The notes: generated by a model not told the origin, from the sequence alone. A DNA stretch of 64,000 nt from Eubacterium sp. (GCA_034089785.1 JAXDTV010000061.1:593-64592), one strand, 5' to 3'; numbered from the stretch's first letter, positions 32,998-43,489 are shown. A program made the numbers and translations.

Positions 32998-34816
32998 GAG
33001 TCTCACCTCCCTCGATGTGGTCAAAGTCTACTACAGACGCCTTCTGCGCTTCCTGTGTGTGGTATACTTTGGCAAAATGTCCGTCTAGTTTCATCAATTC
33101 ATCAAAGGTACCACGCTCTACGATCTTTCCTTCCGAGAGGTAAATGATCTCGTCACAGTCCATAACAGAAGTCATGCGGTGGGCGGAGATGATCAGGGTC
33201 TTGTCATTGTAGTGTTCTTTGATGCTTGCCAGAAGTTTTTTCTCTGTATCCATATCCAGAGCAGAGGTGGAATCATCCAGGATCAGGACCGGAGAATTTT
33301 TTAACAAAGCTCTGGCAATGGAAACACGCTGTTTCTGGCCACCGGAGATACCTAATCCCCGTTCACCTACAATGGTTTCATAGCCGTCATCCAACTGCTG
33401 GATGAAGCTGTCTGCCTGGGCGTGGAGAGCACAGCGGTACATGGTTTCTTCGTCTGCTTCCGGATCTGCGTAGTCAATGTTGGATTCAATGGTATTACTG
33501 AACAAAAATACATCCTGAAATACATAGGCAAACTGGCTCCGGAGGGATTCCAGGCGGCAGTCTTTTATATCAACGCCATTGATGGTGATAGAACCGCCGG
33601 TCGTATCATGAATGCGGATCAGAGACTCTAACAATACACTTTTTCCGCTTCCTGTTCCGCCTACAACACCTATTTTTTTGCCGGCAGGAATGGACAGGCA
33701 GATGTCATCTAAAATCTTCTGGTCATCCAGTTCAATGGTTACATGGTTAAAGTTGATATCTGGTTTTTCGGTGGATGAAATTTCTTTGGTTCCGTCAGGG
33801 ATCCGGGATTCGCATGCCATGAAATTCATCATTTTCTGTCCGGATACCAGCTGCTGCTGCATCTGGAAGATCATGTTGTTGATCATGGTAATGTAGTTCA
33901 TGATCTTCAGGATATAGTCCGCACAGGCCACCAGAAATCCTACCCGCACATAGCCTTTCATAACCAGAAGGGCGCTGACACCGATACTTCCGATATAGGC
34001 AAACTGAATGATACACTTAAACACGGCATCAAAGTTAGCGGACAGTTTTACCTGCTTTACATAGGCATCCTTCAACTGGTCGTTGGAATGATCAAATTTG
34101 CTTCGTTCCTGTTCTTCATTGGTAAAAGAACGGACCAGGCGGACGGCCTCTATGTTTTCCTGTACCGTCAGGTTCATTTCACTGTTTCGCTGGCGGATCT
34201 CCCGGAAGTTCAGCATGGCTTTTTTCTTAAACTTAACTAACGCTGCGAAAAATACCGGAATCATAATGACCGGGATGATCAGCAGGTACAAGTTAATGGT
34301 TGCCAGCAGAATGACGGCCACAATAAGTACAAAAATACTGTCAAAGATATTAGGAATGATACGACAAAACATATCTTTGAACATAATGGTGTCGGAACTT
34401 AAAGTAGTCAGAAGTTCACCGGTGTTGTACTGGGAGATGGTGGCACTGTCCAAAGTCATAAGTTTATGAAATGTGGCAATACGCATATCCGTCTCCATGC
34501 GGAGACCCAGTTTCTGGTTGAGAATGTTTTTTACATAAACAAGGATCAGCTTAGTTAAAAGCAGGGTGCCGAATAAAATGGCCAAATGCCAGAATAAATT
34601 CATGGTATGAGGGGCACCGTATTTGCCTGACAGCATGAAAGAAAAAATGTTATCCTGTTGGATCTTGCTGTCTTTTATTACATAATCTACAAACAAGGCA
34701 GTGATCATTGGCAGCAGAAGATCTGCTGTCAATGCCAGGCCGCTCATAAGTTTTGCCAGAATGGACAAAGCCAGGTTCCTTTTCCAGTAGTGGAACCCAA
34801 ATTTAATTACATCCAT
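32990..34816 (-). CDS. ABC exporter, fused permease/ATPase (heterodimer partner)
   Basis: TMD plus NBD (GGTGSGKS, ISGGQKQR, ILDDSTS). It is translationally coupled to the downstream half-transporter. Confidence 0.92.
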   Translation of the reverse strand: MDVIKFGFHYWKRNLALSILAKLMSGLALTADLLLPMITALFVDYVIKDSKIQQDNIFSFMLSGKYGAPHTMNLFWHLAILFGTLLLTKLILVYVKNILNQKLGLRMETDMRIATFHKLMTLDSATISQYNTGELLTTLSSDTIMFKDMFCRIIPNIFDSIFVLIVAVILLATINLYLLIIPVIMIPVFFAALVKFKKKAMLNFREIRQRNSEMNLTVQENIEAVRLVRSFTNEEQERSKFDHSNDQLKDAYVKQVKLSANFDAVFKCIIQFAYIGSIGVSALLVMKGYVRVGFLVACADYILKIMNYITMINNMIFQMQQQLVSGQKMMNFMACESRIPDGTKEISSTEKPDINFNHVTIELDDQKILDDICLSIPAGKKIGVVGGTGSGKSVLLESLIRIHDTTGGSITINGVDIKDCRLESLRSQFAYVFQDVFLFSNTIESNIDYADPEADEETMYRCALHAQADSFIQQLDDGYETIVGERGLGISGGQKQRVSIARALLKNSPVLILDDSTSALDMDTEKKLLASIKEHYNDKTLIISAHRMTSVMDCDEIIYLSEGKIVERGTFDELMKLDGHFAKVYHTQEAQKASVVDFDHIEGGETLG

Positions 34817-34823
34817 AATTGTT

Positions 34824-37295
34824 TTACTCCTTAACTGCTAATGTAGCAGGTGGTTTGGAAAGGATACCATAAACAGGAACAATACTGATGAAGATATGGA
34901 CTGCATAGATGCAGACTAACAAAAGCAGTATGCTCCACCATGGGAAGTTCATGCTGATCTGGAGGGATGGGATGGAACTGATGAATTTGATCACACCACT
35001 GGTTACCAGCACAGCAGGCAGAGAAGTGTAACTGGTCATCAGGACCATTTCCAGCATATAAGCTTTCAAGATGCTGCCACGGGAAATTCCGATCAGGCGG
35101 TAAACCGTCAGTTCTTCGCTTCGGGATACCGCATTGGACTTGATGGTAAAGTATACCATGATCATGGAGATCAGCATAATGACAAGAGTAATAAGCTGTT
35201 TCGCATCCATATCCACGGAATGTTGTTCTTTGTATTCTTTTATTTCTGTTTCGGAAGGAATGGAAAGAGTCATTTCAAATCCTACCATGGCTCCTTTTCC
35301 CAATGCTTTTAATTGTTTTATGGTTTCAGCCGGATTATCTGTGTAAAGCCGGCATGTTTTGTTTTCAACGACCATGCTGTTTAAAGCGGTCTGAGCTCCT
35401 TTATCTGTCAGTACATAACTGTAATCTACATCATCCGGAAAGGTTCCGGCAATGGTATAGGAATTGGAATTCGTAGAATCACCGGAATCATCGATGTATT
35501 CCAGTCCAATGCCATACTGGTCGCCTACTTTCAGGTCGGCGGATTCCATGAATCCTTTTCTCAGAAGGATTTCGTTGTCTTTTAGTTTTACATCGGTGTA
35601 ACCTTTCAGTCCTTCTGCTTCCAGTTCACTGACGGTGGCAAGAGAAATACCTTTGGCGGCATTCAGTCCCAGAAGCAGAGTCTGACTGCCGAAAATATCC
35701 GGTTCTTTCGTATCACTGATACCTACAATGGTCAGCTGTATATCATAGGAACCGATCTTTATCTTGCATCCAAGGTAGGATTCCAGAGAGTCGTGGAGCA
35801 TGGACACAGCACCGTTGGAATTTTGTGCCCGCTCTAACAGTTCTTTGTCAATGACCACCTCGGAGCGTTTTTTCGGCATTTTGCCGTAGATGAGTTTGTT
35901 TTTATCCAGATGTTCTTTCGTGACAAAACTGTATTTTTCAATCATCTGGGTCAGTTTTGGCAGCTGTTTGTAGCCACTTCCTACCAGGTAGATACTGACG
36001 GACGGTAAAAAAGCCATATCGCCGTATTTTCCACTGGAAAGGTCTTTGGTCACATAGTTGTTAATGGCATCCATATCCTCATAGGACAGCCTTAGGTTGG
36101 ATTTGGTAAAGTCCAGGTTTACATAGTGGGAATCAGTGCCCCGGATACGGGTGTCATCGGTGATGCGGCTGTCTGCAAACTGTGCTGTGGTAATGGAAAG
36201 CAGCACTGCCGTTACCAGGAGGATACCGATCACAAAGGCTTGTTTTTTACCCATCATCCGTATGTTTTCCATGGCCATATGCCAGATCTCCCGCAGTGGA
36301 AGACGAGACTTTCCTTTACTCTTCATTTTAGAAAGGTGATAGTCAAAATTGGCCACATCCTCCAAGTTGATGTGAGGCCGTTCCTCATCTCGGATCTCCA
36401 CGCCGTTTTCCACACCCTCGATCAGGATGTTGTATGGCATATTGTTCTGGATGTAAAGTTTGTCGTCTTTCCAGGCAAGAGTCAGTTCGATCTTCTTTGG
36501 CTCCTCGTTCTTTGGGAAAAACATATGGAACTGTCCCATGTCGCTTTCCAGGCTGGAGGAGTTCATTTCTTTTAAGTAAATATTGGAATCGTCGCTTCGC
36601 TCATAAGAATCCAGAGGGATGTTCTTTTCATCCCGGACTACCTTGCCGTCACAGATCTCAATAATGCGGTCTGCGAAGAAATGGGCAATCCTTTTTTCGT
36701 GGGTTACCAGCAGTACCAGACATTCTTTGGAAATATTTTTCAGAATGCTCATGGTACGGAGAGTGTTTTCTTCATCCAGGTTGCCGGTAGGCTCGTCGGC
36801 AAAGATCACATCCGGGGATTTTACCAAAGCTCTGGCAATGGAAACACGCTGTTTCTGGCCGCCGGAGAGTTTGGAAACTTGTTTTTTCTTGTATTTGGAA
36901 ATACCAAGCACATCTAATACATAGTCAATCCGCTCTTCCTTTTCTTCCTCGCTGATATCGTAGCGGTTCAGAGCCAGGCGGATATTGTAAGCTACCGTGT
37001 AATCCTGCAGCAGGTAGTAGTTCTGGAACACATAGTCAAAATGATCGTTCCGGATAGGCTCCATAACTTTAGGATTGTAATTTTTGATGGTTTTTCCATC
37101 AATGTCAATGACGCCGCCGGAAAAAGTATCAATACCACCGATGGTATTTAACAGAGTGGTTTTTCCGGAGCCACTTTCGCCCAAGATACATACAAGGCCG
37201 GTGTTTCCAAGCTCCAGGTTGATGTCATTTAAAACATGCTGTTCATTTTTTCGGCCCTTATTATAGAATTTATGTAAGTTTGTTATTTTAATCAT
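34824..37295 (-). CDS. MacB-like ABC transporter, N-terminal ATPase fused to an FtsX-type permease with a large extracytoplasmic domain
   Basis: NBD ([28 protein letters not shown]), one TM, an extracellular region of about 300 aa, and three C-terminal TMs of FtsX type. Confidence 0.88.
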   Translation of the reverse strand: MIKITNLHKFYNKGRKNEQHVLNDINLELGNTGLVCILGESGSGKTTLLNTIGGIDTFSGGVIDIDGKTIKNYNPKVMEPIRNDHFDYVFQNYYLLQDYTVAYNIRLALNRYDISEEEKEERIDYVLDVLGISKYKKKQVSKLSGGQKQRVSIARALVKSPDVIFADEPTGNLDEENTLRTMSILKNISKECLVLLVTHEKRIAHFFADRIIEICDGKVVRDEKNIPLDSYERSDDSNIYLKEMNSSSLESDMGQFHMFFPKNEEPKKIELTLAWKDDKLYIQNNMPYNILIEGVENGVEIRDEERPHINLEDVANFDYHLSKMKSKGKSRLPLREIWHMAMENIRMMGKKQAFVIGILLVTAVLLSITTAQFADSRITDDTRIRGTDSHYVNLDFTKSNLRLSYEDMDAINNYVTKDLSSGKYGDMAFLPSVSIYLVGSGYKQLPKLTQMIEKYSFVTKEHLDKNKLIYGKMPKKRSEVVIDKELLERAQNSNGAVSMLHDSLESYLGCKIKIGSYDIQLTIVGISDTKEPDIFGSQTLLLGLNAAKGISLATVSELEAEGLKGYTDVKLKDNEILLRKGFMESADLKVGDQYGIGLEYIDDSGDSTNSNSYTIAGTFPDDVDYSYVLTDKGAQTALNSMVVENKTCRLYTDNPAETIKQLKALGKGAMVGFEMTLSIPSETEIKEYKEQHSVDMDAKQLITLVIMLISMIMVYFTIKSNAVSRSEELTVYRLIGISRGSILKAYMLEMVLMTSYTSLPAVLVTSGVIKFISSIPSLQISMNFPWWSILLLLVCIYAVHIFISIVPVYGILSKPPATLAVKE

Positions 37296-39526
37296 GAATT
37301 CAACCGTCCTTTCAAAATGCGATTAAAGGATCCTACTGTCAAGAGGATCAGCAGGATGTTGTAGAGGATAAAAAGGATATAAGTAAGTGGGGAATAATAC
37401 CACATGATATCCTCAACAATACTAACTCCTGCCAGACGCAGAATCCACATAATTACAATAGTTACAAGAACGGCAATGGCCGTATATAAAAGCATCTCAA
37501 AATAACTGATAGAGCGGATGATACGCATCTTCATTCCGATGAATTTCAGCACAAAATAATCTTTGATCCGGATCTTCATTAAGGAGCGCAGGATCAGGAT
37601 TTCAGCAAACAGGATTGCTAACAGTCCGAAAGCGGAAATACAGATGATGATAAGACGCTGGTTTACCAGATCTTCCTTATATTCTGTAGCACTGACGCGG
37701 AATGTGCTGATGGCATCATACCCAAGTTTATTTAATTTTTTGATCACAGAATCGGTGACAGCATAACTGGCGATATAAACAGAAGCCTGGTCACTGTTTT
37801 TAGTGTAGTAGCGATCGAAAAATTCCTGGCTGACTTCCATAATGCCGGCCGTGTATTCGTGAAAACTGCCGTCAATGCTGACAGTACCAGTCTGGATTTC
37901 GCCAATTTCTTTACCCTGATCGTCTTTTTCCTGATATGTAAATTCAGTCTCACCGGAAGGCTTCTCTTCCAGTTTCCCGGAAATACGGACGGTATTGCCT
38001 TCAAGGTCGTCGGCAATTACCGGGATCAGGTCCGGTTTGCATTTGTAATCTTCCAGTGATTCGTCGTAGGAATACAACAGGCGGTATATACCGGAGTCGA
38101 CCCGCATGGAAAGCATGCGGCACATATCTTTGGAGAAATAAACCTGGTCAGACGGTTCTTTCAACAGACCTACGACCTTTAATTTGGCTCCGTAATACTG
38201 GTCATTTCCCCAGATATTATGGGACTTAAAGTAGGTCATGATCTCCTGGCCGTATTTACTTCCGCTTTGAGAGTATAAAACAATCTCATTCCGGGACTTT
38301 GGAAGGCGTCCTTTGGAAAGGTCGGCTTCCGTAATACAGTCTGTGGACTGCATCAGCCGTTTTTCATTCAAAAACTGAACGGAAGTTGCTACTTTATCGC
38401 TGTCCCAGGACTGGGCATAAAGATATTTGTAATCAAAGCCCTCATCCATGTAGAAATTGATATCGTTTGCCAGGTCGCAGGTATCGACTTTGGCTACACC
38501 GGACAGTTTGGAAATCGCTTCCTTGTCTTCCTTTACAATGTCTTTTCCGTCTTTTCTCTTTATCACCAGACGGGTATCGTCTTCCCGGTAGAAAGTATCC
38601 TGGGAATACTGCCTGGTAGCGTAGTCATCTTTGTGCATAAACAGTTCTCCGATAAAGAGAAATGATACGCTGGAGATGATCAGAAGAAATACGATAAACA
38701 AAGCAGCTCTTGCCTTCTGAGTCTGGAAGTTACGGCGGGCAAACAAACCGGCGATCTGGTTCTGACGCTTGAAGGTAACGGCTTTGTGTTCTGGTGCCGG
38801 AATCGGTTCTTTGAAAGAATCGGATTCCTCTTCCCGGGAGTTTACCGGCACATCCGATATGATCTGTCCGTCATGAACCCGGACCTTTCTTGTTACATAA
38901 GGTTCTGCCTGATCGTAGTTGTGGGTGACCATGATCACCAGTTTGTCTTTGGAAAGTTCTTTTAAAAGCTGTATGATCTGGTTACCTGTCTCGCTGTCCA
39001 GGTTGCCGGTAGGCTCATCTGCAACGATGATCTCTGTGTTTTTGGCAAGAGCTCTGGCAATGGATAATCGCTGTTTCTGGCCGCTGGAAAGTTCTGAAGC
39101 ACGGTGGGTTTCATAACCAGCCAGACCTACCTGAGCCAGATATTTCATAGCTGTCTCTCTGGCATCTTTTTTCTCAACGCCAAGGATCAAAAGAGCACTC
39201 ATCACATTGTCCAGTGCGGTGTAGTGTCCTACCAGACTGTAGTCCTGGAAAATATATCCGATCTTATTGCGGCGGAATGCTTCCCAGTCCTGATCGTCAT
39301 ACTGAAAAGTAGGTTCTCCATCTACGAACATTTCCCCTTCATCGAAAGTGTCCATACCGCCGATGATATTGAGCAGTGTGGATTTACCACTGCCGCTTTC
39401 ACCGGTAATGGCTACAAATTCGCCCATGGAAAATTCCAGATTGATCTTTCTCAGTGCTTGAGTTACTGCTGTTTCCGAGTAATAACTTTTACTGATATTT
39501 TGTAGTCTAATTTTTACTTGTTCCAT
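37292..39526 (-). CDS. MacB-like ABC transporter, ATPase-FtsX fusion (paralog)
   Basis: Same architecture ([28 protein letters not shown]). It has an ATGA overlap with the downstream paralog. Confidence 0.88.
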   Translation of the reverse strand: MEQVKIRLQNISKSYYSETAVTQALRKINLEFSMGEFVAITGESGSGKSTLLNIIGGMDTFDEGEMFVDGEPTFQYDDQDWEAFRRNKIGYIFQDYSLVGHYTALDNVMSALLILGVEKKDARETAMKYLAQVGLAGYETHRASELSSGQKQRLSIARALAKNTEIIVADEPTGNLDSETGNQIIQLLKELSKDKLVIMVTHNYDQAEPYVTRKVRVHDGQIISDVPVNSREEESDSFKEPIPAPEHKAVTFKRQNQIAGLFARRNFQTQKARAALFIVFLLIISSVSFLFIGELFMHKDDYATRQYSQDTFYREDDTRLVIKRKDGKDIVKEDKEAISKLSGVAKVDTCDLANDINFYMDEGFDYKYLYAQSWDSDKVATSVQFLNEKRLMQSTDCITEADLSKGRLPKSRNEIVLYSQSGSKYGQEIMTYFKSHNIWGNDQYYGAKLKVVGLLKEPSDQVYFSKDMCRMLSMRVDSGIYRLLYSYDESLEDYKCKPDLIPVIADDLEGNTVRISGKLEEKPSGETEFTYQEKDDQGKEIGEIQTGTVSIDGSFHEYTAGIMEVSQEFFDRYYTKNSDQASVYIASYAVTDSVIKKLNKLGYDAISTFRVSATEYKEDLVNQRLIIICISAFGLLAILFAEILILRSLMKIRIKDYFVLKFIGMKMRIIRSISYFEMLLYTAIAVLVTIVIMWILRLAGVSIVEDIMWYYSPLTYILFILYNILLILLTVGSFNRILKGRLNS

Positions 39527-39579
39527 GATAAACCTCGATTCTATCGTTTTTACTACTTATATATTAAGCCAGTGGATCG

Positions 39580-40557
39580 TTAGCCGACATGGCGGCTGAA
39601 TGGCTTAAATCCCAGGATTTTTTCGATTTCTTCCAGCGCGTCGGCAGGGATCTTGAATCCAGCAGCGGCTAAGTTGTTCTCTAACTGGGATGGTTTGCTG
39701 GCACCGGTGATGACGCTGCTGATGCAGTCTTTCCGAAGGATCCAGGCAAGTGCCAGAACGGACATATTGGTTCCTAGTTCTGCGGCAATGGCAGACAGGG
39801 CTTCTACTTTGTCCAGATTTTCATCGGTGAGCAGGGCATTTACCTGTTTGTCAGCCTGATGGGTGGCGCGGGATCCTTCCGGATAAGGCTGGCCTTTTTT
39901 ATATTTGCCGGTCAGCAGTCCCTGTGCCAAAGGCGAAAACGGTGTAATGCCGATTCCATTTTTTTCACAGATGTCCATCAATTCATGTTCAATATAACGG
40001 TCCATCATGTTATATTGAGGCTGAATGACGGTCAGTGGGTGCAGGCCGTATTTTTCAATGATGGCCTGGGCTTTTTCAATGCGGGCACCGCCCCATTCTT
40101 CGCTGACACCGTAGTAGAGGATCTTACCCTGATCCACCAGAGCACTCAGCGCACGCAGTGTCTCTTCCATAGGAGTGGTAGGATCAAAACGGTGACAATA
40201 ATACAGGTCGATGTAGTCCAGTCCCATGTTTTTCAAAGAACGGTCTGCATTTTCAAAAATATGCTTTCTGGACAGACCCCATTCATTGACACCGGGTCCG
40301 GTTGGGAAAAAGACTTTGCTGGAAACCACATAAGAACTACGATGGTAGTCTTTTAAAACGCGTCCCAGGAATTTTTCCGCTTCACCACCACTGTAGGCAT
40401 CTGCACAGTCAAAAAAATTGACTCCCTGGTCATAAGCCAGGCGGATGGTTTCTTCTGCGATACGGGCTTTCTCGCTGCCCGCCAGATCGGTCATCCAGCT
40501 TCCCACAGCAATCTCGCTGACTTTCAGGCCGGATGCACCAACATTACGATACTCCAT
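39580..40557 (-). CDS. Aldo/keto reductase
   Basis: MEYRNVGASGLKVSEIAVGSW, FFDCADAYSGGEAE and HRFD motifs, plus the C-terminal ITGASKPSQLENN. Confidence 0.93.
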   Translation of the reverse strand: MEYRNVGASGLKVSEIAVGSWMTDLAGSEKARIAEETIRLAYDQGVNFFDCADAYSGGEAEKFLGRVLKDYHRSSYVVSSKVFFPTGPGVNEWGLSRKHIFENADRSLKNMGLDYIDLYYCHRFDPTTPMEETLRALSALVDQGKILYYGVSEEWGGARIEKAQAIIEKYGLHPLTVIQPQYNMMDRYIEHELMDICEKNGIGITPFSPLAQGLLTGKYKKGQPYPEGSRATHQADKQVNALLTDENLDKVEALSAIAAELGTNMSVLALAWILRKDCISSVITGASKPSQLENNLAAAGFKIPADALEEIEKILGFKPFSRHVG

Positions 40558-40623
40558 AAGTTACACCTCCGTTTTTATTCCCTCGAATTTATCATGGACA
40601 GAAGACGGATCTTCTGTTTACAA

Positions 40624-40654
40624 ATTCTAATGCTTCAAGTATACTTGAAGTCAA
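40624..40654 (-). promoter_or_regulatory. MerR-type promoter/operator driving the aldo/keto reductase
   Basis: On the minus strand: TTGACT (40654-40649), a 19-nt spacer, then TAGAAT (40629-40624). The perfect 18-bp palindrome CTTCAAGTATACTTGAAG (40633-40650) fills the spacer and overlaps two bases of the -35 hexamer. Confidence 0.75.
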
Positions 40655-40716
40655 TAGGGAATTAAAAATTTTTCTCGGAATTTTTCCGATACCCTCCCCA
40701 AAGAAAGGATGATGGG

Positions 40717-41124
40717 ATGAAAACATACAACATACGGGAAATAGGACAGATTTTTGATGTACCATCCTCTACACTCCGTTATTATGAAGAATTAGGGATT
40801 CTTCCGGAAGTGAAGAGAGATGAACACAAACAAAGAGTCTATACAGATGAACATATAGACAGACTGCAGGCTATTACCTGTTTTAAACGCACCGGGCTTC
40901 CTATGTCTAAAATCCATGACTTCTTTGAATACGCAGAAAATCTGCGGGATAATATTGATAAAGTGGTAGACATGATGGAAGACCACGAAAAGTACATCGT
41001 AGATCAAATGGAAAAAATGCAACAGGACCTGGATCATATAAGACAGAAAGTCCGCTTTTACAATGGAATCAAAAAAGCCATTGAAAAGGATGAACCATGG
41101 CCCTGCTTTGATGATTTTCAGTGA
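40717..41124 (+). CDS. MerR family transcriptional regulator
   Basis: N-terminal HTH YNIREIGQIFDVPSSTLRYYEELGILPEVKRDEHKQRVYTDEHIDRL followed by a coiled-coil dimerisation helix. Confidence 0.9.
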   Translation: MKTYNIREIGQIFDVPSSTLRYYEELGILPEVKRDEHKQRVYTDEHIDRLQAITCFKRTGLPMSKIHDFFEYAENLRDNIDKVVDMMEDHEKYIVDQMEKMQQDLDHIRQKVRFYNGIKKAIEKDEPWPCFDDFQ

Positions 41125-41543
41125 TCGTTCAGGTTATGACAGGCTTTGTCCATGAGAGAAAAAAACTGGTCTTTTTCTTCCTGGGAAAAATTCGACAGGG
41201 TGAGTGTTTCCAGTTTGTCCATCTCATCATGGACTTTTTCTGCAATGTTTCTTCCGGTTGATGTCAGGCAGATCTGAAATGCCCGTTTTCCGTTGGATAG
41301 TTGTGTTTTCTTCCTCTTTACAAGGTTTTTTTTCTCCATATTGTTTAATAAAATAGTCATAGAAGCAGGCGAAATTTTGCAAAACTCGGCCAGGTCTTTC
41401 TGCAGCCAGCCATCCTCTGCAAGCAGTATGTAAAGGATCTTAGGCTGGGCATCTGAAATGCCAAGAGTGGTGAAAATCTCCCTGCTCTTTTTTGCGTGGG
41501 CTGCGGACAACTCAAGCAAAGATAAAAAGAACAGTTTGTTCAT
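41118..41543 (-). CDS. MarR family transcriptional regulator
   Basis: Winged-helix region PKILYILLAEDGWLQKDLAEFCKISPASMTILLNNMEKKNLVKR. Confidence 0.88.
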   Translation of the reverse strand: MNKLFFLSLLELSAAHAKKSREIFTTLGISDAQPKILYILLAEDGWLQKDLAEFCKISPASMTILLNNMEKKNLVKRKKTQLSNGKRAFQICLTSTGRNIAEKVHDEMDKLETLTLSNFSQEEKDQFFSLMDKACHNLNDH

Positions 41544-41581
41544 TGTAAGTTTCCCCTCCTTACAATCAAAGAGATGTTTCT

Positions 41582-41616
41582 AAAAAGGACATTCCCCTCT
41601 CAATTATGTCCTTTTT
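41582..41616. promoter_or_regulatory. Inverted repeat upstream of the MarR gene (candidate operator or hairpin)
   Basis: AAAAAGGACAT-N13-ATGTCCTTTTT, located 39 nt upstream of the MarR start codon. Confidence 0.4.
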
Positions 41617-41772
41617 AACACCATAATTTGATTTCTAATTTATATTTTAATCTATGGCTTGGGAGTGTGTCAAGAATACCTTGGTTTTTTTGCAAATTTC
41701 TTCTTATATTTATGGTTGAATCAAAATTTTTGTAGTATAATGAGGGGCAAAAGACAGAAAGAAGGAAAGATT

Positions 41773-42537
41773 ATGAAGGCAAATTATCATACGCATACAA
41801 AGCGGTGCGGCCACGCATCGGGAGAAGATAGAGAATATGTAGAAAGTGCCATTGAGGCAGGACTTGAGGTGCTGGGATTTGCGGATCACTGTCCGTTTGT
41901 GTATCCGGATGGTTATGTGTCGGGGATTCGGCTGACACCGGCGGAGGTAGATGGGTATTTTGCTTCGCTGGAGGGACTGAAAAAAGAGTATGAAAAAGAG
42001 ATCCGGATCTACATAGGATTTGAGGCAGAGTATCTGCCGGCATTGATCGAAAAGCAGAAAGAACTGCTTTCCGGTTACCCTCTGGATTACATGATCCAGG
42101 GACAGCATTTTCTGGGACCGGACAAGGAGCAGGTATATGTGGGACATCCGTTCGAAGAGGAGGCTTATCTGGCGGAGTACGCCCGTCTGGCTATTGAGGG
42201 AATCAAATCCGGGGACTATTTGTATCTGGCGCATCCGGATCTTCCTCATTTTCTGGGTGACGATGAGACATACCGCCAGTATATGCTGCCGGTATGTGAA
42301 GCATTGAAGGAAAAGAACAAGCCGGCAGAGATCAATATACTGGGACTTGCGGATCAGAGACACTATCCGGTGGACCGCTTCTGGAAACTGGCAAAAGAAG
42401 TGGGAGTTACAGCTGTTTTGGGCGTGGATGCTCATTCACCGGCGCAGCTTTTGAACCGGGAAGGGATTAAACAAGGAGAGCAGTGGGCCGAAAAGTACGG
42501 TATCACGCTGTTGGAGAAAATGCCGGAACTGGCGTAG
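41773..42537 (+). CDS. PHP-family histidinol-phosphatase-like protein (HisJ/HisK family)
   Basis: A GAAGGAAAG SD precedes the ATG at 41773. The N-terminus MKANYHTHTKRCGHA is the typical PHP metal-binding motif, and GFADHCPF is present. Confidence 0.85.
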   Translation: MKANYHTHTKRCGHASGEDREYVESAIEAGLEVLGFADHCPFVYPDGYVSGIRLTPAEVDGYFASLEGLKKEYEKEIRIYIGFEAEYLPALIEKQKELLSGYPLDYMIQGQHFLGPDKEQVYVGHPFEEEAYLAEYARLAIEGIKSGDYLYLAHPDLPHFLGDDETYRQYMLPVCEALKEKNKPAEINILGLADQRHYPVDRFWKLAKEVGVTAVLGVDAHSPAQLLNREGIKQGEQWAEKYGITLLEKMPELA

Positions 42538-42549
42538 AAGGAGGGAAAA

Positions 42550-43458
42550 ATGGGACAGATTTTGATCGGAGTATTATCCGGGGTGGTCACGGCCGTGATC
42601 CTGGGATTTTGTTTTTACCACAAGATAGAAAGTGCTATGGAGCAGAAGATGCACAAATATGCAGAGGCTTTGCTTAAATTCCAGCAAAACCAGGGGGTGC
42701 AGCAGACAAAAGAAATGGCAGCCATCTCCGGAAAGGTGCAGCAGCTGGGGGCCGGTGTGGATCAGATCGGGAAGGCTCTTTCCAATGTAAAGACAAGAGG
42801 TATCTATGGAGAGTGGCAGTTAGGCTCTCTGATGGAGCAGCTTCTGCGGCCGGAACAGTATGAGACAGAATGTATGGTGATCCCGGGAAGCAGCAAGCGG
42901 GTAGAATATGCGGTAAAAATGCCGGGAAAGAACCAGCAGATCGTGTACCTGCCTATTGATTCCAAGTTCCCACTGGATGCCTATATGCAGTTAATGGAAG
43001 CCAGACAGGAAGGGGAAGACATGGCGGCGGACGCACTGGATCTGTTTAAAAGCCGTGTGAAACGCTTTGCCAAAGAGGTTCATGACAAGTACATCATGCC
43101 GCCTTACACAACGGATTTTGCTATTTTATTTTTCCCTTTTGAAGGGGTATATACGGAAGTGCTCCAGACCGGCATCATAGAGGAACTGATGGTGAAGTAC
43201 CGGGTCACTGTGGCAGGACCAAGCACCCTGGGAGCCATACTGAATGGCCTTCAGGTAGGGTTCCGCAGTGTGGCACTGGATGAAAAGACGGAAGAAGTGC
43301 GTAGGGCACTTTCAGGAGCCGGTGAGGAAGTGAAGCGATTTGAGGCCTGCCTTTTGGATCTTCAGAAGCGTCTGGATCAAAGTAACAAGGAGTTGGAGCA
43401 GTTAATGGGGGTGCGCCTTAGAAAATTAAAGAAAAAACTGGAATTTTTTGACTCATAA
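42550..43458 (+). CDS. rmuC: DNA recombination protein RmuC (short form)
   Basis: N-terminal TM/coiled coil, then RmuC core motifs (VEYAVKMPG...VYLPIDSKFPLDAY, FAILFFPFEGVY). Confidence 0.85.
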   Translation: MGQILIGVLSGVVTAVILGFCFYHKIESAMEQKMHKYAEALLKFQQNQGVQQTKEMAAISGKVQQLGAGVDQIGKALSNVKTRGIYGEWQLGSLMEQLLRPEQYETECMVIPGSSKRVEYAVKMPGKNQQIVYLPIDSKFPLDAYMQLMEARQEGEDMAADALDLFKSRVKRFAKEVHDKYIMPPYTTDFAILFFPFEGVYTEVLQTGIIEELMVKYRVTVAGPSTLGAILNGLQVGFRSVALDEKTEEVRRALSGAGEEVKRFEACLLDLQKRLDQSNKELEQLMGVRLRKLKKKLEFFDS

Positions 43459-43460
43459 AA

Positions 43461-43489
43461 TTGACAAAAACCAGGAATCGTGCTATAAA
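43461..43489 (+). promoter_or_regulatory. sigma-A type promoter of the pantothenate/CoA operon
   Basis: TTGACA (43461-43466), a 17-nt spacer, then TATAAA (43484-43489). Confidence 0.6.
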
